Shown here one piece after another: positions 54,096 through 64,000 of a DNA stretch of 64,000 bases (positions are counted from its first letter, which is position 1; each line of letters starts with the position of its first letter). The translations under genes were made by a program, and so were the position numbers. Under the pieces are notes generated by a model. It had not been told where the DNA came from. It worked only from the letters and a program-made list of their open reading frames with translations, and searched no databases. This stretch comes from Eledone cirrhosa (lineage: Eukaryota), in NCBI GenBank assembly GCA_964016885.1, contig OZ024740.1:142848001-142912000 (forward strand), given 5' to 3'.

Positions 54096-57000
54096 ATGCC
54101 AAAGATAAAGACAAATTCACCCCTTGGACGAGAATGCGAGCACTCCTCATTGTTTCGACCGCGGACGGCTAACATAACCCCATCGCCCCCCGCCCCTCAC
54201 CGCCCCCAACCCCCAAACGCAATCCAAAACTTCAGAGTTGGTACCATAAATGTAGGCACCCTAAAGGGTCGCGCTAACGAGGTTGTAGAAATGCTTGAAC
54301 GTAAGGAGGTCGATGTTTGTTGTATTCAAGAGACCAGGTGGAGGGGTGGGTCTGCTAGGTTCATTGAGGGTAAAAAACGTTGTTATAAGCTTTTCTGGGT
54401 GGGAAACGACGATGGGCTGGGTGGAGTAGGAATCATGGTAGCAGAAAAGTGGGCAGATAAGATAATAGACGTAAATAGAGTGAACGACAGAATAATTAAA
54501 ATACGACTTGTCCTCAATAGAACTACGGTGACAGTAATATCTGCGTACGCACCCCAATCCGGACTGCCCGGCACTATAAAAGACAGATTCTATGAGACAC
54601 TGATGCTAACTACCTCCCAAATATCCGACAGTGACTATATAATTATCGCAGGCGACCTAAATGGTCACGTTGGACAACATTGTGACGGCTACGACGAAAT
54701 CCATGGAGGCTATGGGTTTGGTACTAGAAATGAGGAAGGCTCCAGAATCCTGGAATTCTGTGATGCAAATAACCTAACTATCTGTAACACTAACTTCAAA
54801 AAACGTGACAATCACCTGATCACCTATAGATCCGGGGAACACACAAGCCAGGTAGATTATATCCTTACCAGAAGACGTGACAGAGTGTCTGTTGTTAACA
54901 CTAAATCCCTCCCCCATGAAGAATGCACCTCCCAACATAGACTGATAATTAGCGACCTCATAGTCAGGACGAGACGTACTCGACAACAGAAGAGGACTAT
55001 CCTCAGGAGGAAAATATGGAAGCTAAAGGACCCCACAGCCAGGAATAAATTTCAAAGCATATTACTTGATGCTTTCGACAGTAAGGAAGAACATTTAGAG
55101 TCGGACAATATAGAGGGAGAGTGGGAATTTCTGAAAGCAAACCTGCTGTTGGCGACAGACGAGGTCTGTGGCTGGAGCAGGCCTGTAGGCAGGAGGAGAG
55201 TAACATGGTGGTGGAACAGTAAGGTGGAGGGGTCAATTAAGGCCAAAAAGCAGGCTTGGAAAGTATGGCGGGATGGGGGAAGTAGAGAGGACTATCAAGT
55301 GGCCAGGAGGGAAGCTAGGAGACAAGTGTACTTAGCAAGAAGGGAAGCTGAGGAAAGAAAGTTCAAGCATGTTCTACAACGCGATGACCAAAAACGTGAG
55401 GTGTTCAGGATTGCTAGGCAATGCGTCAAGGAAAACCGTGATATTGTCGGGGAGAAGTGTGTACTAAACGACGATGGCACACTTGCCATCCCATCACCGA
55501 CGCTGATAAGAAGGTAGCTTGGAAGTGTCACTATGAAAGGCTTCTAAATGAGGAGAATAATTGGGAGAAAGACAGTCTCCCCCATATCGACCCAATAGAG
55601 GGACCAGCAGTGTTAGTCGAGGGGAGTATAATAAGTAAGGCAATCAAGGATATGAAGACTGGTAAGGCGGCTGGGCCTTCGGAAATAGTTGCTGAGATGC
55701 TGAAGGCATCTGGCACGGTGGGACACACCATGGTCACCCGCATAGTTAACCAAGTCGTACAGAATGGGGTTGTTCCGAAGGACTGGCATAGCAGCATCAT
55801 CGTTAACTGTTATAAGGGTAAAGGAGACGCCCTAGATAGGAGTAACTATAGAGGCATTAAATTAATCGACCAGGTCATGAAGGTCACGGAAAGAGTAATA
55901 GCGCAACTAATCAGAGAGAGAATTGACCTAGATGAAATGCAGTTCGGGTTTGTGTCAGGCAAAAGTACCACAGACGCTCTTTTCATAGTACGACAACTAC
56001 AGGAGAAGTACCTAGCTAAAGGTAAACCCCTCTACTTAGCTTTTGTCGACTTGGAGAAAGCCTTCGACAGAGTCCCCCGCTCCATTATCTGGTGGGCTCT
56101 TAGAAAACTAGGCGTTGACGAATGGCTTGTGAGGGCTATACAAGCCATGTATAAAGAAACAGTCAGCAAGGTTAGAATTAACAACGAATATAGTGAAGAG
56201 TTTAGCGCAAAAGTTGGCGTCCATCAGGGCTCTGTTCTCAGTCCACTACTATTTATTATTGCCCTTCAGGCTATAACAGAGGAGTTCAAGACAGGCTGCC
56301 CATGGGAACTCCTATACGCAGACGACCTGACACTCATAGCTGAATCAATGGCCGAGCTAGAGAAGAAATTCCAAACATGGAAGCACGGCCTAGAGTCAAA
56401 AGGACTTAAAATTAACCTGGCTAAGACCAAAGTACTAGTTTGTAGGAAAGAAAACAAGGCGGCGGTCCCTTCTGGGAAATGGTCGTGCTCGGTGTGTAGG
56501 AAAGGCGTAGGTAGAAACTCCATTTTATGTCCTAAATGCAAAGTATGGGTGCATAAAAGATGTAGTGGGATCACAGGTAAGCTAACTAAGAACATAGATT
56601 TTACATGTGGCCGGTGCTCTGGTGCAATAAGTAGCAGCAAGTGCCCACAAACTACTAGCTCTTTCAATTGCGCAGAGGGTTCTATAGAAATAGTGGACAG
56701 CTTCCGTTACCTGGGCGATAAAATCAGCAGTGGGGGAGGGTGCTCTGAAAGTACTGTAGCTAGAGTCAGAACTGGTTGGAAAAAGTTCAGAGAGCTTATA
56801 CCACTATTAGCTGCTAAAGGGTTCTCACTAAAAATGAAAGGCAGGTTGTACGATGCCTGCATACGAACAGCAATGCTGCATGGCAGTGAGACCTGGGCAT
56901 TGTGTGCAGAGGATATACGCAGACTAGAGAGGAACGAAGCTTGCATGCTCCGCTGGATGTGTAACAGTAATATACGTGAACGGCAAAGCATAAACGAACT

Positions 57001-57271
57001 AAGGAAAAAATTAGAGATAAGAGGGATCAGATGTTGTTTACTCGAGAGAAGGCTACGTTGGTATGGACACGTGATGCGCATGAAAGTCGATAGCTGTATA
57101 ACAAAGTGCAGGGCAATAAAGATAGACGGTAGTCACGGAATAGGCAGACCTAGAAAAACCTGGGACGAGCTGATAAACTCCGACATCACACACTTACACC
57201 TCTCCAAGACAATGTCACTGGACCGAGACCTTTGGCGGTACTCAGTAACAGAGAAGACCCGCCTTACCTAA
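54096..57271 (+). CDS. APE endonuclease-reverse transcriptase with PHD insert; single frameshift at 55486-55495
   Basis: GTINV, IQETRW, SAYAP, GDLNGH, QVDYIL; NYRGIKL, QFGF, DLEKAFD, HQGS, LYADD, FRYLG. Removing one CCATC gives 1056 aa. Confidence 0.93.
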
Positions 57272-58279
57272 ATATATAGTAAAACCTACTCCAGCCAGTA
57301 GGCATCTCTAACAAAATACACCCCGTCCCACCACCCCCACCCCCACCCGATCCACACCACCCCGTTCTATGTAAAGTCATGTTGGTGCCGCGCCATCGAG
57401 GCCGAAACAAATGAGATCGTGTAGGTGTCACGACAAAAAAACACACAGTCCACGCTGTAATGTGGCCGTGTAGGCAACACGGTAAAAACCTCCCAGACCC
57501 ACACTGTAAATGTGGTTGGTGTTAGGAAGGGCATCCAACTGTAGAAAACCTGCCAGACAGTCCTATGCGAGCAAGACAATCACTCTTGCCTCAAGTGGGA
57601 CTACCCCCGTCCAAACCCATGCAAGCGTGGAACACGGACGTTAAACGTTGATGATGATGATGATGATGATATATACACATATATATACATATATATACAT
57701 ATATACATATATATCTATAGTCTGCCTTTCATAGGTTATAGATTCCATACACTGGTGGTTTTTTTCCGTTTTATTGATAACGCCCTGTATATCTCTCTGG
57801 CGTGTTACCTTCTCAACATATTGTATTATATATATATATATATAATACAATATGTTGAGAAGGTAACACAGCAGAGAGAGATATACAGTGCGCTATCAAT
57901 AAAACAGGGAAAAAAACCACCAGTGTATGGAATCTATAACCTATGAAAGGCAGACTATAGACACGATAATTAAAAATATAAATTAAAGTGTAAATAAATA
58001 CCTCTATAATTATATAACACACGTACAAATCCAAAGATATGTTTCTCCAGTAATTTGTTGAAAGAAATGGGTTAGCCTCGGTTCATCAGCGTGTGTAAGG
58101 CCATACATTTCAGACAACACTAAGAGAATTTTAAAATTCACTGGTGGTTTTTTACCCTGTTTTATTGATAACGCACTGTATATCTCTCTCTGGTGTGTTA
58201 CCTACTCAACATATTGTATTTTAAAGAGCTCAGGATTATTTACAGGGAATAGAGAGGGCCTATGCCTCCGTTAATTTAT

Positions 58280-58460
<181 letters not shown>

Positions 58461-58506
58461 CATATACATATACATATATATATATATATATATACATATA
58501 CATACA

Positions 58507-58540
<34 letters not shown>

Positions 58541-58630
58541 CATATATATACATATACATATATATACACATATATATATATATATATATATACATCTCTC
58601 TCTTTAAGATTGGTTACTCTTGAACTGTGT

Positions 58631-58674
<44 letters not shown>

Positions 58675-58705
58675 ATATATATGTATATATATATATGTAT
58701 ATATG

Positions 58706-59322
58706 TGTGTAATAGTAATATACGTGAACAGCTAAGCATAAACGAACTAAGGAAAAAATTAGAAATAAGAGGGATCAGATGGCTGTATAACAAAGTGCAG
58801 GGCAATAAAGATAGACGGTAGCCACGGAGTAGGCAGACCCAGAAAAACCTGGGACAACATGATAAATTCCGACCTCATATGCTTACACCTCTCCAAGACA
58901 ATGTCACTGGACCGAGACCTTTGGCGGTACTCAGTAATAGAGAAGACCCGCCTTACCTAAATACAAAGTAAAACCTACTACAGTCAGTAGGCATCTCTAA
59001 CAAAATACACCCCCCCCCCATCCACACCGCCCCCCTTCTATGTAAAGTTATGTTGGTGCCACACCATCCAGGCCGAAACAAATGAGATCGTGTAGGTGTC
59101 ACGACAAAAAACACAGTCCACGCTGTAATGTGGCCGTGTAGGCAACACGGTAAAAACCTCCCAGCCCCACACTGTAAATGTGGTTGGTGTTAGGAAGGGC
59201 ATCCAGCTGTAGAAAACCTGCCAGACAGTCCTATGCGAGCAAGACAATCACTCTTGCCTCAAGTGGGAAAACCCCCGTCCAAACCCATGCAAGTGTGGAA
59301 CATGGACGTTAAACGTTGATGA
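58706..59322 (+). mobile_element. PHD-RTE LINE short 3' copy
   Basis: Matches 56958-57655 with a small deletion; the tail abuts the Gypsy 5' LTR. Confidence 0.9.
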
Positions 59323-59328
59323 TATATA

Positions 59329-59599
59329 TGTGGGTATGGTGTGGAGTGCGGGGGGGCGGGAGTGCTCGACCGGAAGGGGTTTTTGAGTGCTCGACCGGAA
59401 GGGGCCTTTGACCGGAAGGATGCTCGACCGGAAGGGCCAGGAGAGGGCCTCTCTCTAGTGGTGACCAGCATACGGTGAGGATGCGTTTTGGGCAGCTCCT
59501 GGTGTTAAGCAGTCGGACGCACGTGGAAGAGGAGTACCTGTAGCGGAATTTAGCGGCGCCTGTGAAAAGCGGTAAGTGAGATAGCTTTTTCTAATCACA
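59329..59599 (+). repeat. 5' LTR (271 bp)
   Basis: TGTGGG...TCACA with four GACCGGAAGG repeats. Confidence 0.92.
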
Positions 59600-59662
59600 A
59601 GCTATTTCGGCGACTGAAAAAAAAAAAAAAAAGAAAACACTTGCCGCAAAACAAATCAGAAG

Positions 59663-60424
59663 ATGGCGACAAGACTACGGATGAACGAAGCTATCAGGCC
59701 ATTCACCGGGGAAGGTGATGTTGTCGCTTGGCTGCGGAAGGTTCGGCTGGTCGCGGGCTTGCAGAAGATAGAAGACGTGGCCGGTCTCATTGCATTGTAC
59801 CTCGAGGGCGACGCGTTGGTACTCTTCCTTGAGTTGGACGAGCACAGCCAAAGAGATGTGCAGAAGATTGAGAGGCGTCTGATGGATGCATTCGCCGAGG
59901 GACCGTTGGCGGCTTTTGCTAAGCTGGCGAGAATCAGGTGGAATGGTGAGCGCGTCGACATTTTCGCAGCGGAAATAAGGCGGTTGGCTATGTTGGCGGG
60001 TTACCAGGCCGAATGCGAACGCACAGTGCGGTTAGCATTCATCAATGGATTTGCGGACGACATAGCGGTGAAACTGCAGCAAGTCCCGGGGTACAAGGAA
60101 ATGGAAATGCGTTCACTGGTGGAACAAGCCCGGATCATAGCGGAAGATGCCAAAAAGAGTGTCGCGGCGATAGCCACTACGGAGGCTCAGGACACCTGGC
60201 AGCGAAATGGTCAAAGGGAGGCAACCTCGGCACGCGGCCGTTCGCGAGAATTTAGGGGGCGCTGTTTTAGGTGTCACGGCCCGCATATGGCTAGAGACTG
60301 TAGAGAGTCGAAGCCGGATATAATTTGCTACCGGTGTAAGCGACCAGGCCACATCGCTGCTAACTGCGACCAGGGAAACGGTCCAAGGGGAGCTACTGCG
60401 CCGGTAGTTGCCCCTTACGAGTAG
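59663..60424 (+). CDS. gag: Gag (253 aa)
   Basis: Intact ORF with two zinc knuckles, CFRCHGPHMARDC and CYRCKRPGHIAANC. Confidence 0.9.
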   Translation: MATRLRMNEAIRPFTGEGDVVAWLRKVRLVAGLQKIEDVAGLIALYLEGDALVLFLELDEHSQRDVQKIERRLMDAFAEGPLAAFAKLARIRWNGERVDIFAAEIRRLAMLAGYQAECERTVRLAFINGFADDIAVKLQQVPGYKEMEMRSLVEQARIIAEDAKKSVAAIATTEAQDTWQRNGQREATSARGRSREFRGRCFRCHGPHMARDCRESKPDIICYRCKRPGHIAANCDQGNGPRGATAPVVAPYE

Positions 60425-63244
60425 CGGCGCTGCCCGTGGTGGAAGTCTTCGTGAGGGGAAAGCCACAGCGAGCCCTCGTGGATACGGGCTGTACGACGAT
60501 ACTGGTGACCGCGGGGGTGGCGCAGAGGTGGGGAGGGAAGAGCAGCGTAAGGGCAGTCGACGGCAGGAAAATTGAATGCCGAGGTCGCAGCGAGATGGAA
60601 ATAGCGGTACGGGGAAGGACGATAAGGCTTTCCGCCATCGTGGTAGACAGTGTGGTGGATGGGATCGGCGTGGTTATGGGCATGGACGCCTTGGCCGTCT
60701 AGGGGGCGTCACGGTGAACAATGTCGGTGTGTCGTTTGGCGCCGCTGCATCGGTATGCGCTGTGAGTGCACATCATGAGAACCAGAAGGCCCACGAGGAG
60801 CAATACCCCGCTTACACTGTACAGGACAAGGACTTCAAGGCCGTGTTTGATGGGCAGCGATGGGTTGTTGAGTGGTACTGGAAGGGAGAACCACCAACAC
60901 TGAAGACCAAAGTGGGCTGCTATCAACACACATTGAAGGGAAACGCTAGGGGCGAGAAGTAGAGAGATGGATCGAAGAGGGCATACTGCTTCCCTGGAAG
61001 GAGGAGGTGAAGTGCGGAGTATTGCCGTTGATGGCGGTGGTGCAACCCACGAAGAGCAAGGTGAGGCCGGTGCTGGACTATCGAGAGCTGAACGAGCACG
61101 TGTCATGCCACACGGGTGGCGAGGTCACGGATGTCTGTGGGGAAACCCTGCGTGAGTGGAGACGCATGATGGGGGGTTCAGCGATCGTGGATCTAAGGTC
61201 GGCTTACTTGCAGTTGCATATAGATGAGAAGCTCTGGCGGTATCAGCTGGTCAGGTATAAGGGCCGGACATATTGCCTGACCAGGCTCGGTTTCGGGCTG
61301 AGCTCCGCACCGAAGATCATGGCGGCGGTCCTCAAGACCGCTCTGGGGAGGGCCGAGAAGATAAAGAGGGCTACTAACTCCTACATTGACGACATCCTAG
61401 TGGACGAGTCGGTGGTGTCGACGGCGGAGGTCACGAGCCATTTGCGGAGGTATGGACTGACTGCGAAGCCATCAGAAGCATTGGAGGGAGGAGCCGCGCT
61501 GGGACTTAGGCTACGGCGAGATAAGACGGGCGTTTTGGTGTTCCAGAGGGGAAACGAAGTTCCGGAACTGGGCCCAAGTATGAATAGGCGGGAGCTTTTC
61601 TCGGTGTGTGGAAAGCTGGTGGGTCACTACCCGATCGCTGGGTGGCTCCGGACGGCATGCAGCTATGTCAAGAGACGAGCGGGAGGGGTGACTTGGAGTG
61701 ACAGAGTGGGAGAGAGAGAACGGTGGCCATGATGCAGGAGATCGTGGGGAGGGTGAAGGCCGACGACCCAGTGCGGAGACGCTGGTACGTTCCCAAATCA
61801 CGGAGCGGGACCGTATGGTGCGATGCCAGCAGCATAGCGCTGGGTGTCACGTTGGAGATAGGAGGTGTTGAGGTCGAGGATGCAGCTTGGCTTAGAAAGA
61901 AGGACGACTGCAGCCACATCAATGTGGCCGAGCTGGACGCGGTGTTGAGAGGGGTGAACCTCGCCCTACGGTGGGGGCTGCGAACCATCGAGATACGCAC
62001 CGACTCGGCTACCGTACTCGGATGGGTAAGATCAGTGCTCACCAGTGAGAAGAGAGTGCGAACGAGAGGCGCGGCGGAGATGCTGATAAAGCGCCGCCTG
62101 GGAACGTTGGGAGAGCTGGCCACCGAGTTCGACCTGAAGCTGAGCGTAGTGTTCGTGCCCTCAGAGAAAAATAGGGCGGACATCTTAACCAGAGTGAAGA
62201 AAGCCTGGATGGAAGCGCCGGAGGAGGTAGAGGATGAGATAGCTGCCGTGTGTCGGCTGACCGAGTCAGACCTGAAGGGGTTGCATGACATGCACCACAT
62301 GGGGGTGGATAGGAGCCTGTTCCTAGCCAGGAGAATCGACTCGGACGTTAGCAGACACAGTGTTCGGGGGAGGGGGGGTTAGAGGCTGCGTCCGATGTCA
62401 GTCCATTGATCCCGCCCCGGGTGTACACGAAACGGGAAGCCTCCCGGTGGATCGCGACTGGAAGCGATTAGCGGTGGATGTGACGCACTACCGGCAGGGA
62501 ACGTACCTCTCGATGGTCGACTGTGGACCAGGTCGAATGGCGATATGGAGGGAGATGAAGACTGGAACGGCCGAGGAAATCGTGCGGACGTTGAGAGAGG
62601 TGTTCTTGGAGCGGGGCCCTGTGGATGAACTGCTGATGGACAACAGCGCAGCGTTCCGCTCGGAGGCACTGAGGGAGATGCTCGATGGATGGAAGGTGGA
62701 CCGTTTCTTCAGAGCGGCGCACAGGCCGAGCGTGAATGGAATCGTGGAGCGACACCACCGGACGATCAAGGCAATGGCGGAGCGGGGCCATATCTCACCA
62801 ATGGAGGCAGTGTTCTGGTACAATATGTCCCCTCGGGTTGGACAGGTCGAGGAATCGGTGCCACACAGAGCAGTATTCAAATACGAGTGGCGGCACCCGT
62901 GCACGCCACCACAACGGCCAGTGGGGAGAGAGAGTGCATTCGTGCAGGTGGGCGAAGAAGTCTGGGTTAAGCCCCCAGATGCACGGTGCACATCTCAATG
63001 GGGAAGGGGAACGGTGACGGCCGTAAATTCCCAGAACAATGTGTCCGTGGACGGGGTACCACGTCATGTCCTGGATGTAAGAAGAATCACTGTGTCAACG
63101 GACTCCGAGGAAGAGGAAACCCAAGATGAGGTGGAAACCCAGAGCCCTGCCCAAATACTACGAAGATCGCAACGAAGTCGTAGACCACCGACCTGGACGG
63201 CAGACATTCATATGCAGAGGGACGAGGGGGAAATTGATCCTTGA
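60376..63244 (+). pseudogene. pol: Pol (protease, RT, RNase H, integrase), about four frameshifts
   Basis: ALVDTG; DLRSAYLQL, LGFGLSSAP, YIDD; WCDAS, HINVAEL, TDS; HHCC and D,D35E (AVDVT, MDNS, IVERH). Confidence 0.9.
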
Positions 63245-63257
63245 GATCAGGGGGGCG

Positions 63258-63544
63258 TGTGGGTATGGTGTGGCGTGCGGTGGCCGGGGGCGGGGGGGGG
63301 GGGGGGGTGCTCGACCGGAAGGGGTTTTTGAGTGCTCGACCGGAAGGGGCCTTTGACCGGAAGGATGCTCGACCGGAAGGGCCAGGAGAGGGCCTCTCTC
63401 TATTGGTGACCAGCATACGGTGATGACGCGTTTTGGGCAGCTCTTGGTGTTAAGCAGTCGGACGCACGTGGAAGAGGAGTACCTGTAGCGGAATTTAGCG
63501 GCGCCTGTGAAAAGCGGTAAGTGAGATAGCTTTTTCTAACCACA
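63258..63544 (+). repeat. 3' LTR (287 bp)
   Basis: Differs from the 5' LTR by about half a dozen substitutions and a G-run indel. Confidence 0.92.
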
Positions 63545-63898
63545 GTATATATATGTATATATATATATATGTATACACAGTTCAAGAGTAACCAATCTTA
63601 AAGAGAGAGATGGTGATATGAGAGGAGAGATTGGTGAGTTAGTTAGAAGCTAAAGCGTAAAGGCATGTGCTCAATGTGCAATATGCAGTAGAAAGCAGCT
63701 AGGTGGGTGGGTTCATGCAGAAGTTAGCTGCGCAGAGCTGAAAATATTCATTAGTTAAGCAAAACAAGACCACAAACTTCACAAGGAAGACATTATTAAA
63801 AGATTGTCAACATATTCAAACTAAAATATGTTGACAATCTTTTAATAATGTCTTCCTTGTGAAGTTTGTGGTCTTGTTTTGCTTAACTAATGAATATA

Positions 63899-63930
<32 letters not shown>

Positions 63931-63950
63931 CATATATATATATATTCATA

Positions 63951-63983
<33 letters not shown>

Positions 63984-64000
63984 TCATATATATATATATA

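Larger units (their letters stand above)
53111..57670 (+). mobile_element. Full-length-like PHD-RTE LINE
   Basis: Repeated 5' region, APE-RT ORF, structured 3' UTR and (GAT)n tail. The 5' boundary is approximate. Confidence 0.9.
59329..63544 (+). mobile_element. Ty3/Gypsy-order LTR retrotransposon, 4216 bp
   Basis: Two TG..CA LTRs, gag-PR-RT-RH-IN order, PPT at 63243-63257, flanks ATATA/GTATA. Confidence 0.93.

Noticed and set aside
54126-54176. HDV-like hints (TCCTC, GGCTAACAT) near the LINE ORF start
   Set aside because: P1 has a mismatch, there is no GG for P1.1 and P2 is only 3 bp. It lies in coding sequence and the 18240 copy does not keep the pairing.
59363-59436. Repeated TGCTCGACCGGAAGG units resembling a CRISPR array
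   Set aside because: Short LTR-internal repeats with tiny spacers, eukaryotic context, no cas genes.
62379-63416. Several overlapping antisense ORFs in the integrase region
   Set aside because: Expected shadows of GC-rich coding sequence; no recognisable motifs.

Overview
Eukaryotic, AT-rich, repeat-dense DNA, most likely from a coleoid cephalopod (Octopus-like; inferred from SINE/LINE tails and (TA)n density, not checked by search). It holds one clear host gene, a Jhy/C11orf63-like ciliary gene (+ strand, 4 phase-0 coding exons at 34029-42728, about 740 aa). Most of the rest is mobile DNA. This includes a Buster-type hAT element with intact TIRs and TSD, and a family of RTE-clade LINEs with a PHD finger inside the RT, one near-intact copy broken only by a 5-bp duplication. 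There is also a two-LTR Gypsy-like element with a -1 frameshift pseudoknot and an odd primer site, plus CR1, Tx1/L1, Penelope (with minimal hammerhead ribozymes), mariner, piggyBac-like MITE, Helitron and SINE remnants. Other structure: a 3 x 1547-bp tandem duplication and many palindromes tied to (TA)n tracts. The best leads for undescribed biology are RNA structures in the retroelements and the PHD-in-RT domain. All calls are by eye; no searches or folding programs were run.
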